A stretch of 63,353 nt of DNA. It comes from Octopus bimaculoides. Taxonomy: Eukaryota. Position numbers and translations under genes: made by a program. The notes under the pieces are model-generated. The model ran no database searches. It saw nothing but the letters and a program-made list of their open reading frames with translations, and was not told the DNA's origin. Shown piece after piece: positions 1-12,763 of this stretch; positions within the stretch are counted from its first letter, which is position 1; every line of letters begins with the position of its first letter. The stretch spans positions 72,667,396 to 72,730,748 of the forward strand of contig NC_068981.1 of NCBI RefSeq assembly GCF_001194135.2, read 5' to 3'.

Positions 1-361
1 AATGAGGAGGCATGATTTTTGTCTGAAGTCTTTCAGTATGATGTCTGGCCTATTTGCGTCTATCTTTCTGTCAGTTTGAATGGTGAAATTCCAGAGGAGT
101 GCAATGTGATCATTTTCAAGTACTGGGGGTGGTTTGTGTTCCCACCAGTTTTTATCATGGGGCAAGTCCAGGTTTTTGCATATTACCCAGTGAATATATT
201 GTGCAGCTCTATCATGCCTGTTGAGATACTCTGTAGGCGCAATCAGACTGCACATGGAGACAACATGATCGATGGTCTCATTTTGTTGTTGGCATATACG
301 ACATAATGGGGAGCTGCCGTTCTTTAATATGTTGGCCTGGTAGTTCTTTGTAGGTAGGCGA
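1..361 (-). mobile_element. R4/Dong-clade (RLE) non-LTR retrotransposon, C-terminal ORF fragment, 5'-truncated and running off the window edge
   Basis: Manual translation is open for about 120 codons: RLPTKNYQANILKNGSSPLCRICQQQNETIDHVVSMCSLIAPTEYLNRHDRAAQYIHWVICKNLDLPHDKNWWEHKPPPVLENDHIALLWNFTIQTDRKIDANRPDIILKDFRQKSCLLI. This shows a CCHC knuckle, RHD and the RPD start of a PD-(D/E)xK restriction-like endonuclease. Confidence 0.88.
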
Positions 362-1040
362 TGCACGTACTGTGTTTCAAACTTACTGCAGCTCTAATGC
401 AGTAGATTCGCTTATAAGTATCTTCTTTATGGTTATTATTTTCAGCAAAATTTGAACACATACTGCGGTACAAATGCTATTTTATGGACTTCACCCGATA
501 ATTGTGTGTCAGACATTTATTTGTACTATAATGGTTAGTTATACTATTAGTGTAGTGAAATGTCTTTACATATCCATGTTAATAAAGGATGTAATCACAG
601 GAGATTGAATAAACTCCTTGAAGTACATATTAGTGTGAATTTTATTGTTAGAACAATTTATATCCTATGTAATTAAGGTAATTGATGCTAATAATTGCAC
701 TTAGTAGTGTAATTCATGACAGTAATTATGTAGCGGTAAGTATATAGTTTATCTGATAATTGCACGCATAATATTTATGTACACATAAGTACTTTCAAAA
801 GGCTGACAATTATAATTTCTGCACTCGTAATTACAACATTTTATTAGGTAATCAAATGTTAGCGTGAATATATAGTGGTAACATGGAGTAGATGTTCATT
901 CAGACACAAGTGTATGGAACAGTTCCTTAAGATAGGGGCAAAATAAGCACGACTACAAGAATATTTTAGAATTTTCTATCAAATATTTCTTTGTAGATTT
1001 GTCTTTTACTACATATATATCTTAAAGTACTTTTTAAAAA

Positions 1041-1180
1041 ATTTAACGCTTCGAGTAGGCTTTAGTGATTTTGAAAATCGACTGTGGGGCCATAGAACTG
1101 TCAATGTAAAATGGTTTCCATATCGAAGTGGCGGTTGATCGCACTTCCTTCGTGTGGAGTCGGAACGAGCGCTCTGGGAA
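1041..1180. repeat. Unclassified dispersed repeat, copy 1
   Basis: Aligns by eye to 3775-3928 (tgtcaatgt.aaat.gttt.catatcgaag.ggcggttgatcgca...gagtcggaa.gagcgct.tgggaa). Confidence 0.65.
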
Positions 1181-2289
1181 TATTTTCTTTATGAAAAGGG
1201 CTTGTATTATTTCCTTACGTTTAACTATCTCAAATTTTAATTAAAATTTGTTACATAAACTTTTGCGCTTACTTCTAAGTGTGTACAGGTGCTCTGCTTT
1301 TGGTTAGACCTTGTAAGTTATCTAACAAGACTTGTAAACAATTATCCAGTATATATTATTTCAATGTATTAACATGTGCATAACATTTCAAAATATATGA
1401 TTTTATCTGTAAACAGGTCAGTTCATACTCTAATGAATAGTAGATTTTCTTTCTAGAACGTCTTGTTTTATATATGGCTGGCACTGTCGTTTTCTTCTTT
1501 CTAGTTTTAGATGCATTGCAATTGAGTTTTGCTATATTCATTCGCATGCTATGAGACATGGTCGTTTCTCTATGTAAAAGATTCTTCTCCGCTTCCACAT
1601 ATGTGAATATAATAAAGAAGTAAATGAAGGGGAAATTCTTCGTTCCTTTTATCTTTTCTCTATATATACATAAGGGTGGGGAGAAACGTGCACTCTTATG
1701 CATATATGAATGTATGTGTGAATATTTGTTTCAACATAGTGCCTTGCTATCTGATGCACTCTGTGGAGACGACCTAACGTTAATATCATCAGTCTAAAAC
1801 TATGTTCTGACAAAAATTGAAAAATATTTTTTTAAATCTCTTTAAAATAACCATGGTATAAGCTATATAAAAATGCCAATTTTTTTTTATAGAAACCGAA
1901 ACAGGAATAAGCAATAACATGAAACGCACATATACACAACATTTCTAATGATGATCATTCGATTGGATGGCCGAGATTGGTAATTGTGTGAAATTAGCTC
2001 CAAGGCATATTTCAGAGCACAATTGTCTCTGTTGTATTATTTTCAGGAAGGGACTTTTCATTACAGATTATATTACATTTTTCATTAAACGCAATTATCA
2101 GCTCTTTTCCATCAAGGTCGAAGACTAGGAAAAAATGATAATAATAAAACTTGGAAACATATCAGAAATGAGTTGTTTGCATGTTCTAGGGAACTACAGG
2201 AATTCAATCAGCGAAACTACCATGATCGATCGACAATAATTACCCTTACATTCATCCTCATCTATGTACATTTACGTATATATATATAT

Positions 2290-2533
2290 TATTATGATTG
2301 ACCGTTGACTGAACACTATTCTATTTTTTTCTCCAAATTTTTTTTTTCTCCCAATTTTTTTTTTCTCCATTTTTTTTTCTCCGTGTTTTTCTCCTTGTCT
2401 CCGTATTCTTTCTGTTGAAGAGCGTAGCTCGAAACGTCAAAGACTTTCCGTATTCCCGAGCGTCATACTAATACATCCTTTTGTTATTTACACCACCTGT
2501 CCTCGTCTGTTGTTGTTTTTTCGTACATTCTCC
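2290..2533 (+). mobile_element. Non-autonomous Penelope/retrozyme-like repeat carrying a hammerhead motif
   Basis: Tandem ttttttttctcc units, then the hammerhead-like motif at 2407-2443, then the tail tcctcgtctgttgttgttttt..cgtacattctcc, which recurs at 5903-5938; both copies are followed by (TA)n (here after a 10-nt gap). Confidence 0.55.
2407..2443 (+). ncRNA. Minimal hammerhead ribozyme-like motif (A6U variant)
   Basis: TCTTT-CTGTTGA-A-GAGC(GTA)GCTC-GAAA-C-GTC-AAAGA: 5-bp stem I, 4-bp stem II, loopless palindromic ACGT stem III, GUC triplet. Confidence 0.55.
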
Positions 2534-2543
2534 NNNNNNNNNN

Positions 2544-2585
<42 letters not shown>

Positions 2586-3225
2586 GTAATTATATATGTA
2601 TGTATATGTGTGTGTGTGAGTAAGTATATATATATATATATGTGTGTCTGAGTGTGTATGTTCGTATCTGTGCATATATGTATATGTCTGTGTATGCTTG
2701 CATGTATGTATGTATGTATGTATGTATATATGTATGTATGTATTAAGAAATGAATATTTATTTCTTAATAGCTGAGGGATGGAGCCTCAAAGACAAAACT
2801 AATTGTTGCGTTTTTACTCTTTTCGGGATGAACAGGGTCGGTAGGCTATGATGTTATTTTCCTTCTGTCATTCTTGATACATTTAGTCTTTCCCTCTTCG
2901 TGGAATATCACAATTTTACCTTCCGCTAGACTCTTTGCCTTATTAAGTTGTCGATCCTAAACCACTCATGCAGTCTTGACGTGAAGAAAATAGTGCCTTC
3001 CTCTTAAAGATATACTCTAAGCTATGGTGTTCCTCACTCCCACTTGTCTTACAGAACGTAAAACACTAGCCATGAATGGTTAAGTCCCTACGGGTCATTG
3101 TTACAGTGTCAATCATCTGCGAGAGTGGTAAAAAATAATCCAACGTGTCTGTCTTAGAAATATAGAGATTAAATACCTTGGTCGGGAAAAGGCTGGTTTT
3201 CCGCTCAGCACATACATTTCAACGT

Positions 3226-3231
<6 letters not shown>

Positions 3232-3302
<71 letters not shown>

Positions 3303-3750
3303 NNNNNNNNNNNNNNNNNNNNNNNNNNNNNNNNNNNNNNNNNNNNNNNNNNNNNNNNNNNNNNNNNNNNNNNNNNNNNNNNNNNNNNNNNNNNNNNNNN
3401 NNNNNNNNNNNNNNNNNNNNNNNNNNNNNNNNNNNNNNNNNNNNNNNNNNNNNNNNNNNNNNNNNNNNNNNNNNNNNNNNNNNNNNNNNNNNNNNNNNNN
3501 NNNNNNNNNNNNNNNNNNNNNNNNNNNNNNNNNNNNNNNNNNNNNNNNNNNNNNNNNNNNNNNNNNNNNNNNNNNNNNNNNNNNNNNNNNNNNNNNNNNN
3601 NNNNNNNNNNNNNNNNNNNNNNNNNNNNNNNNNNNNNNNNNNNNNNNNNNNNNNNNNNNNNNNNNNNNNNNNNNNNNNNNNNNNNNNGAGAGAGAGAGAG
3701 AGAGAGAGAGGGGGAGAGAGAGAGAGGGAGAGAGAGCGAAAGAGAGAGAC
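3232..3750. repeat. (GT)n - N gap 3303-3688 - (GA)n compound microsatellite
   Basis: Directly visible. Confidence 0.95.
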
Positions 3751-3774
3751 AGATCTTAACGTACTTTTCTTTTA

Positions 3775-3928
3775 ATTTAATGCTTCGTGTGGGTTTTATT
3801 AATTTTTTAAATCTGCGGTTTCATACATTTCTTGGGCCGTAGAAGTGTCAATGTCAAATTGTTTTCATATCGAAGCGGCGGTTGATCGCATTAGTCCAAG
3901 TGTTGAGTCGGAATGAGCGCTTTGGGAA
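3775..3928. repeat. Unclassified dispersed repeat, copy 2
   Basis: Similar to 1041-1180; abuts the Penelope-like fragment. Confidence 0.65.
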
Positions 3929-3941
3929 AGATATAGATGAA

Positions 3942-4205
3942 ACTTGCAACTGTAAGTTTAAAATTAATTGTGAATTTAAAATTTTATGTAAGAAAGATGA
4001 CTTAGTCTACCAGTGTACAGTTGAATCTCAAGGGAAGAAATTCTATTATATAAGGTCAACAGGAAACAGAATTAAGATTAGGGTTGCTAACCATTTACAG
4101 AGCTTTAAAAATAGGAAAAAAAATAGAATTCTACCGGATTAAATAAATTCTATAGGGCATTAAAGGATAAGCTTTGCAGAAGATATGAGTTGTGTCCTGA
4201 AGAAG
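3942..4205 (+). mobile_element. Penelope-like element GIY-YIG endonuclease remnant
   Basis: TCNCKFKINCEFKILCKKDDLVYQCTVESQGKKFYYIRSTGNRIKIRVANHLQSFKNRKK matches the PLE pattern CNC..C....VVY......YIG.T...K.R..NH..SF. The YIG glycine is mutated and stops follow. Half a hammerhead core (CTGAAGA) lies at 4197-4203. Confidence 0.78.
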
Positions 4206-4464
4206 CGTATAAAATCCTTACATCTAGAAAAAACTAAATTTGTGATGACGTAATGCACAAGATCTCTATCTATCTAGAATGTAAACATAGTATATATTCA
4301 TCGTGCCGATGAATACCTATGCTTTATGTAGATATAATTTTATATAAATGTATTTAATAGAAGCATTAATTAAATTACACTAAAATACAAACAAATACTA
4401 TTGAATTAAAGGTTATAATGTGTATATATGTGTATGATTATATGTAATATGTACGTACTTATGT

Positions 4465-4547
4465 GTGTGTATTTGCGTATCTCTGCATTTATGTAGACAT
4501 TTATATATGCGCATGTATGTATACATGCGTATGTATATAGATATATG

Positions 4548-4618
<71 letters not shown>

Positions 4619-5178
4619 NNNNNNNNNNNNNNNNNNNNNNNNNNNNNNNNNNNNNNNNNNNNNNNNNNNNNNNNNNNNNNNNNNNNNNNNNNNNNNNNNN
4701 NNNNNNNNNNNNNNNNNNNNNNNNNNNNNNNNNNNNNNNNNNNNNNNNNNNNNNNNNNNNNNNNNNNNNNNNNNNNNNNNNNNNNNNNNNNNNNNNNNNN
4801 NNNNNNNNNNNNNNNNNNNNNNNNNNNNNNNNNNNNNNNNNNNNNNNNNNNNNNNNNNNNNNNNNNNNNNNNNNNNNNNNNNNNNNNNNNNNNNNNNNNN
4901 NNNNNNNNNNNNNNNNNNNNNNNNNNNNNNNNNNNNNNNNNNNNNNNNNNNNNNNNNNNNNNNNNNNNNNNNNNNNNNNNNNNNNNNNNNNNNNNNNNNN
5001 NNNNNNNNNNNNNNNNNNNNNNNNNNNNNNNNNNNNNNNNNNNNNNNNNNNNNNNNNNNNNNNNNNNNNNNNNNNNNNNNNNNNNNNNNNNNNNNNNNNN
5101 NNNNNNNNNNNNNNNNNNNNNNNNNNNNNNNNNNNNNNNNNNNNNNNNNNNNNNNNNNNNNNNNNNNNNNNNNNNNNN
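4465..5178. repeat. (TA)n/(GT)n microsatellite plus N gap 4619-5178
   Basis: Directly visible. Confidence 0.95.
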
Positions 5179-5902
5179 ATATGAAATACTTATTATATAA
5201 AGATAGAAAAATTATTTAAAAAATATCATAATATCAAAATAATAACCATTCAATAATCATCCCTTCGTCCATTATAATAACATGTATATTATATACAAAA
5301 AACATCTTACATAAATTATCATTGTTTTAAATTATCATTGTTTTAAATACAAGTTGAACGAAGTTTAAGTTTAAAATAATAATGAAGATAAAATTAGTAC
5401 ATATTTAACCGGTGTAATAGTTAAAGCTATACTATTTAAAGCTAAAGACGTTTATTTAATTATAATTAAAGATCAATTGAATAATAGAAAAATACATATG
5501 CTTGCGATTATTACTGCGAGTCTTTTATTACCATATAATTCCACACACACGCATATATTGAGAAACCCCAATGATTAAATACTTTCTGAAACGCTTAACC
5601 ATGCGTAAACTAAGTTAAATTTCTCCAACCTATCGGCAATGATTAATACATAGAGTCTGTATGTTAACTTTTTTTCTCATATATATATATCCATAAGTGT
5701 GTATATATGTTCTTTTTTTACATATATATATATATATATACTGCTGTAGGCGGTAAGAATTATTTATTTATTAACAAATGATTATTAGCTTTCAACTCTT
5801 CATTTTCTTTTCCTCTATTTATTGAATACGAACTATCTACATAATATATACTTATTGGTTTAGGGACATTTTATTTCCCCAAAATATTAGGTATAAAACC
5901 AA

Positions 5903-5940
5903 TCCTCGTCTGTTGTTGTTTTTATTCGTACATTCTCCCT

Positions 5941-5998
<58 letters not shown>
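5903..5998 (+). repeat. 3' fragment of the 2290-2533 repeat family plus (TA)n
   Basis: tcctcgtctgttgttgtttttattcgtacattctcc is shared with 2499-2533. Confidence 0.65.
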
Positions 5999-5999
<1 letters not shown>

Positions 6000-7207
6000 T
6001 CTGTATTTTACGTAAGCATTCGCAGACATTAGCAGATCACTCCAGTTTGTGTTGAATGTATTTTAACCATATGACTTTGATTATTTTTTGAAATACAGAT
6101 CGTATAGTTTCAAAGCAGATTGTTACTCAAGTTAAAATTACTTTAGAACTAGATTTTTTTTATTCTAATAATAAAGCAGTGATATGTTAACTTTTAACAG
6201 CATGAACTGGTTGGCTAAGATGCTTCATAATTTCAGGAAGTTGTATTGTATATCTAAAACGCTAGATGTTATTCATATATGAGTGATTTATTTTATATAA
6301 GAATTCCCTTTTTCATTCAATTATCCTTTGTCGGAACGCTATTGTTTACTGCTTTCCTCCAATTTCCCTTTCATTCTCTCTGACTTTATGATTTATATTT
6401 AAGAAACAAATTTAAGAAACAAATTTACGCACGCAGTCGCATGTGCACGCACCCAGACACACTCACACATATACACACACAAAAAAAAATAATAACAAAA
6501 TTTTAAAAAACTCATTTTAAACAATGGAAGCTAAACGTGATCCCAAAACACGCTTAAACAATGAATTTTCTGTTATGATAAAATAGCTATGCAATGACAC
6601 ACGAAACATACTTAAATCAGAAAATCTTGTCAGCAACTAAGTCAATTAAAATGTATTCTTGAAACATTCAGAAAAACTTTATTAATAACTATCATTAATA
6701 TTCAGCTTTGTTGATTTATTAATAGCTAAAACAAATATTATACAAGCATGTGAAATCACTATATTTTGGATATATTGTTTTCAAGATGTTGGCAATTTCC
6801 AATTGTTTTAAGAATGTTTGATTCTCTCACAATTGTTGCATTCCAGCAATACAGAAGATATTTCATACTGAGCTTCATAAAAATGCGTAAAAGAATAAAA
6901 AGGCAAATATAGAACCTAATTTATGTTTTTGGTACATATTTTATTTTACGAAGAAACATGCTTTTCTAGGAAATATTAGACTAATTCACATCATTATTCT
7001 AAATTAATTATTTTTCTAATCAGTAACTTTTCCAATATTTTTTGCTGTTCTCGGGTGTATACAATATTCTTAATTTTTTTCATTCAGATCAAGATTTCAG
7101 AAAATAGTCATGCAGCCAATGAACCTGTCTATGTGTGGATACACAAAATATCGGCTATGTGAAAAACTTTCGACTACAACATTTTCAGAAATAATATACC
7201 TAGTGCA

Positions 7208-7594
7208 GTGGAGGTGCAATGGCCCAGTGGTTAGGGCAGCGGACTCGCGGTCATAGGATTGCGGTTTCGATTCCCAGACCGGGCGTTGTGAATGTTTGAG
7301 CGAAAACACCTAAAGCTCCACGAGGCTCCGGCAGAGGAAGGTGGTGAACCCTGCTGTACTCTTTCACCACAACTTTCTCTCACTCTTACTTCCTGTTTCT
7401 GTTGTGCCTGTAATTCAAAGGGTCAGCCTTGTCACACTGTGTCACGCTGAATATCCCCGAGAACTACGTTAAGGGTACACGTGTTTGTGGAGTGCCCAGC
7501 CACTTGCACGTTAATTTCACGAGCAGGCTGCTCCGTTGATCGGATCAACTGGAATCCTCGTTGTCGTAAGCGTCGGAGTGCCAACAACAACAAC
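7208..7594 (+). mobile_element. tRNA-headed SINE family A, full length with TSD
   Basis: A-box (TGGCCCAGTGG) and B-box (GGTTTCGATTCCC), (CAA)n tail, 12-bp TSD atacctagtgca (7196-7207) / atatctagtgca (7595-7606). Confidence 0.9.
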
Positions 7595-8553
7595 ATATCT
7601 AGTGCAAACATTATTCAAATGTTGTTCTTTTTCTTAGGTATTTGGTTTCGGAATATAGAGGTTGCTTTCCATTGCTTCTTCTTAAACCGAGAAAATACAC
7701 TCATATATTTGATACACACACTCACACATACTAACACACACTAACACACACACACATTTATATATAAGGACTGAAAATTCAAAACAAAACTAGAATTCCT
7801 TTTTATCTGACTACCCTATAATTATCCAGTTATCTCAGCGCTTAACTGCAGCATTTTTTAATATTTGGGATGAAATTTCCAGTTAAGGGACCTGTATCAA
7901 ATAGAAATAAATTTCACCACCACGGCTGTGCGGGTGATATTGATTTTATCGATTTTCTGCTGATCGGTAAAACTTAGTAAATTTAACACTTCTAAATTAA
8001 TGATTCAAAGGACAGAACAAAACTGTTATCTCTCAGTTTAAGTATCTTAGTAATGAAGTTCATTTTCATTTTCCACTGCTGAGGAAATGCTGTTATATTT
8101 CGTAAATAAAATTGAAAACTTGTTCATTATCGCTTGTCTATTTTGGAGACTACACTTAGCATCATGGTACACTCATGAATACGGGAAGTTGTCAGTGCAG
8201 TTGTACTAGCCTACTGTGGCTTACCTTTCTCATGAATAATGACCATACCTCCTTAAAAATATAAATTTACTTAACCAATTTAACTTTATGATATTTTTAA
8301 TACCTAAGTGGCATCGGTTCTTGAGAAGTAAATGTTTTTGCATCAGAAACGACGTCTAATGTGCCACATGTGAAACGACCATCGGTTTAGTTGATTGTCT
8401 AACACTTACCTGACTGGGCCATCTGCATTTCACTATATTTTAATGAATTTTGTTTAGTTAATACTTTCATTTATTCGTTAATGGACTGAAAATAGACTAC
8501 TACTAACATTTACAAAATTTGTTGGCATATACAAACTTATAAATTCAGGTAAC

Positions 8554-8660
8554 CTTCTTCTTCTTCTTCTTCTTCTTCTTCTTCTTCTTCTTCTTCTTCT
8601 TCTTCTTCTTCTTCTTCTTCTTCTTCTTCTTCTTCTTCTTCTTCTTCTTCTTCTTCTTCT
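8554..8660. repeat. (CTT)n microsatellite
   Basis: Directly visible. Confidence 0.97.
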
Positions 8661-9755
8661 CTTTTCTGAGAGAAATTGGTTGTGGTCAGATCAGGGCAGG
8701 GTGAGCTCCGACAGATTTAGACTTCCACGACACTTCCATAATGCCGTGAGGATTTGAGGGTCCAAAACATGGTAAAGGAAGCTCAAGTAAACTAAATCAC
8801 GAAAAACATCTTACCAAAATACACACTTCAATGTGTGAACTCAGACTTCGAATCTTAGCTATTCACGGTATTACGATGCTACACACATATTTGATCACGA
8901 TTAACACAACTCTAATCCGATTTCTAGAATGATTTATTTATGTTCATTGTGACACGCAAGATATTTTCCCGTAACAAGTTAAGACAACTACAAAGTTAGA
9001 CAGCCGCCTAACGCCAATGTGAAAGGTAATAACATCACGCAATAATGTCCCTTATCCAATAAATTTACGATGCAGCTTTGAAAGAGACTATTCAGCACAG
9101 AGGAAAATTATAGGACCTGAGAGAGCTAGGGGCGAGTAGAGATTGTAATGTCAATTCAAAATTTCATTTACAATGGAAATTCCTTTGTGTGTCACAATTT
9201 TCTCTTCTTCCAAGTAGCAAAAGACCTTTCATCAACTCAAAAGAAACTCTGAAGAAACTTATCAGTCTGGGACACATTTAAAATTTAAATTAAAATCACC
9301 TGTTTTACGTTCAATACGCTGGAAGTCCAGCGAAAACTAAAAGAAGAGTAATAATTACTTTTGACTAAATAGGAGGCTAATATTATTGTTGATTAACTCC
9401 ATGTTAACTTTGTGACAGCCTCAACAAATATGGCAGGCCTCTTTCAGCATAAGAAAACTTGCTTCATTCTATTTTATTATTTTTTTTATTTTACGAGACA
9501 GAGATAGATCAGGTTTTGCTTCCTACGTTCCTGTATGTAATCATCAGGCAGAATGACGCTATTCTGTGGAACACATTTCTCTCACAGTGTTTCTTCGAAA
9601 TCAGATTCATATTTAATTATTCTGGGTTATTTAGTACACTACCCAAGTTGCTGTTGCCATGTGAAATAGCTGAAAAATGTTCATTAGGGTGTGCTTGTAT
9701 ATGTAACTATTATTGTTGTCGATGAAAATATTTTTAGTCGACGTATTCCACCCAG

Positions 9756-9756
<1 letters not shown>

Positions 9757-9817
<61 letters not shown>
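9757..9817. repeat. (ATT)n microsatellite
   Basis: Directly visible. Confidence 0.97.
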
Positions 9818-9818
<1 letters not shown>

Positions 9819-10132
9819 AATAGACTTCGCACAGTAAGTATACAATACAACATCGTGAGGTTGTTGATTGAAGATATCGTGTCTACCGGGGGTTTGTACT
9901 GTTTGTCAAGTCACAAAGACCTCAGACAGACAGTACTTTACGCAATTATTATTGTTGAATTTGTCGTCGTTAATTTTGACTCTATATCTTCAGGAGGAGT
10001 TACCTCATTCCTTTCTATATTAGCCAAAATGAAGTAAATTGACAAATTTATTTTTTGAACCAATTAAAGACACACAAAATGTCGAAATATCGTTCACTAG
10101 ATAACAATAGCACTCTTCTTTTAATTTTGACT

Positions 10133-10187
<55 letters not shown>

Positions 10188-10232
10188 TAATAATAATAAT
10201 AATAATAATAACAATAATAATAACAGTAATAA

Positions 10233-10788
10233 AAATGCCCTGATGCCTACCAGGCAGTGGCTCTCATGGCTTCAGATGTTAACTGGTTAGAAGTGTTATC
10301 ATGTATATTGATTTGACTTGGTATAAAATATGGGCTACAGCAAATATTCTGCTCAATACCACAGATTTGCTTGTCGGTTGCTTGACGTTCACAAGTTAAC
10401 CAAGTCCTTTTGTGGCTGACGATATGTGCATCTCTGATCAGGAGCAGAAGTAGCGGGGTGGGTGGGCATCATATCATGTATTGAGAGGAATTCTTTGGGG
10501 TTTGAATGAGTCACTTCTGGAAACATGGGTGTTTTGTTCATCATCCTTAAACGAACCTTATTCAGAGACCTTTTGAGTGGGATGGGCTACTCGGCTAGAA
10601 GAACTAACTGGGCCGCACCTACAAAGTCATCAGCTGGTTATCTTGGTATAAGATCACCATGTCGCGCCCATATTGTTGTGATGCATGTGCCTGGTGTACC
10701 CTTATCAGACGGGTAGTCATGATGGGTATGCTGGGCTGCATATGTTTTACCCCACTGTCCCTTTGATGGCATGCACTGCTCTCTCAGA
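10233..10788. mobile_element. Unclassified ~555-bp element embedded in (TAA)n
   Basis: GC-richer block with no credible ORF or tRNA head, bounded by (AAT)n at 10134-10232 and 10789-10806; recalled as an abundant octopus repeat (unverified). Confidence 0.5.
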
Positions 10789-10869
10789 AATAATAATAAT
10801 AATAATGAAGAAGAAGAAGAAGAAGAAGAAGAAGAAGATAGTAGCAATAATAATAGAATATATAAAATA

Positions 10870-11540
10870 TGCCATGAATATATAGCAAGCAGTGGTGCAA
10901 CTCCAGACAAAAAAGGAACCATAAAAATTTAAGCCATCCCCATTACGGAGATTTGCTCCCTCCACTCCTTTTTGCGTGGTATTGCTGCCTTTAACGGACC
11001 TGCTAAACAGAACTGGGTATTGATACAATTGCTACAGTAAAACAATTAACCATCTCTTGGTCTAAAACTATGTTGCAAATAATAAACAACTGGAAACACT
11101 ATTGCAAACAGAGCATCGATTTACCAAAGAAATAAACATGAAATTCGGCTTAGAAAAATGTGCGAAAGCAACCTTGGCTATGTAATTTGTTTTGGTGTTG
11201 TTATTTTCACTGTACTGAAAGTGCTTTAAGCAGGATGTGCGCGGTGCCTAGTAGTGCTATTTTCTGAATGTTATATATATTTGTAAGTCCTGGTGTTTTG
11301 GTTACGTATTTATTTGTATGCTTTTTAAACATACTTAATGCATTTATTGTTATAGAGGTTGTTTCTGTGTTTAGGCTCCACATTTGGATTGTCTCTGTTT
11401 CCTGCGTAAAGCTCTTTTAATACAGTGAACATAACAACCCCGAAACAAACCACAGCTCATACGCACGGCACACAGTGCTGCGCTTGGGAGAGCAGTGAAA
11501 GCGCGTGATAAAAATAAGACTACTGAATAGTATTAATAAC
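10870..11540 (+). mobile_element. Decayed R4/Dong-clade LINE: RT fragment (+), inverted C-terminal fragment (-), 3' UTR (+)
   Basis: Plus strand, with frameshifts: GDLLPPLLFCVVLLPLTDLLNRTGY..INHLL..QLETLLQTEHRFTKEINMKFGLEKCAKATL (YMDD region lost). Minus strand 11177-11400: KKHTNKYVTKTPGLTNIYNIQKIALLGTAHILLKALSVQ*. 3' UTR-like sequence at 11407-11540. Confidence 0.8.
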
Positions 11541-11559
11541 AATCATTTCCACTATAGGC

Positions 11560-11712
11560 ACCAGGCCCTAAATTCACTGGTACTTATGAACTTCGAAAGG
11601 ATGAAAGACAAGGTCCACCTGGGCGGAATTTGATCTCAGGATGTAAAGACGGACAAAACGCTGCTAAGCAGTTTGCCCGCGTGCTAATGACTCTGCCAGC
11701 TCAACACCTTAT
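11560..11712 (-). mobile_element. SINE family B (Meta/Sauria-like central domain)
   Basis: Reverse complement of gagttcaaattccgccgaggtcgactttgcctttcatcctttcggggtcgataaa.taagtacc-type core; recurs at least 9 times. Confidence 0.75.
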
Positions 11713-12605
11713 CCTCGATTAGATTTGCAATTAGAACAAAAACAAAAACGAAAACGATGCCATAATGCATTCATAATGCATTTTGTCCGATGCATAAATG
11801 ATTCTTCCACATAGTCGTAAGTTCAGAATGTTTCAATCCACAATATAATCATTTTATTTTAATTACATCGTTATGACTTTGTTAATGGCATAAATATCAA
11901 GACTCGTTCTTTCTCATATAATACTAGATTTATCGAAAAAAAAAAATTAAAAAAACTATTGTATGTTGGAAAGAAAAAGAAACTAATAATGAAATAAATT
12001 CACTTTGTAGCGAGCGTTTCAGTATACCCATTTAAATAATATTTTAAACCACTTCATAGAGTAATATAAAGTCCTGATTTTGGTCCCATATCACAAATAA
12101 ATTTATTATGGGAAATCAGGTGTCAGGAGAGTCAGAAGAGTTTTAGTTTAAGTAAAATGAATTCGTTGGGGAATCGAAGAAGAAATAGCTTAGCAACAAA
12201 CTGTGTGTACGTCATCAATCAATATTGATAATTTACATGACACTAATAGTTCTAAAGCACTTATCAACAATAGAACCCTTATTACAAAATGGAAACAGCA
12301 GACAATCTCATAGGATTTTTTTTTTCCTCAATTATTGAACGAGAGGATTCTATGTCAAACTATGGTAATGCTATAGTTAATTGTGGTCTGATGCTAAAAA
12401 AAAAAAAAAGGAAAAGGAAAAAAAAGGCAGTGACAGTTATTGAATGGGGATAATGTCAAAAATGATTATTACTTTTAAAATATCGTTTCAAAAACATTGG
12501 TACAATTATGCTTTTTAACGTTTAATCAATAGATTAGATCGATAGAAATATATATATATACATACATACATATATACATACATACATACATATATATACA
12601 TATAC

Positions 12606-12637
<32 letters not shown>

Positions 12638-12722
12638 ATATATATATGCATGTATATAGAAATATGTATATAAATGCATATATAAGCCATATATCTATTT
12701 ATCTATCTGTGTGTGTGTGTGT

Positions 12723-12763
<41 letters not shown>

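Noticed and set aside
7208-7280. tRNA-like sequences at SINE heads (also 14428, 20056, 43096, 47844)
   Set aside because: A/B boxes are present but there is no complete cloverleaf, and they run into SINE bodies; not tRNA genes.
8325-8362. Hammerhead-like gaaacgacgtc
   Set aside because: No valid upstream core or stem I.
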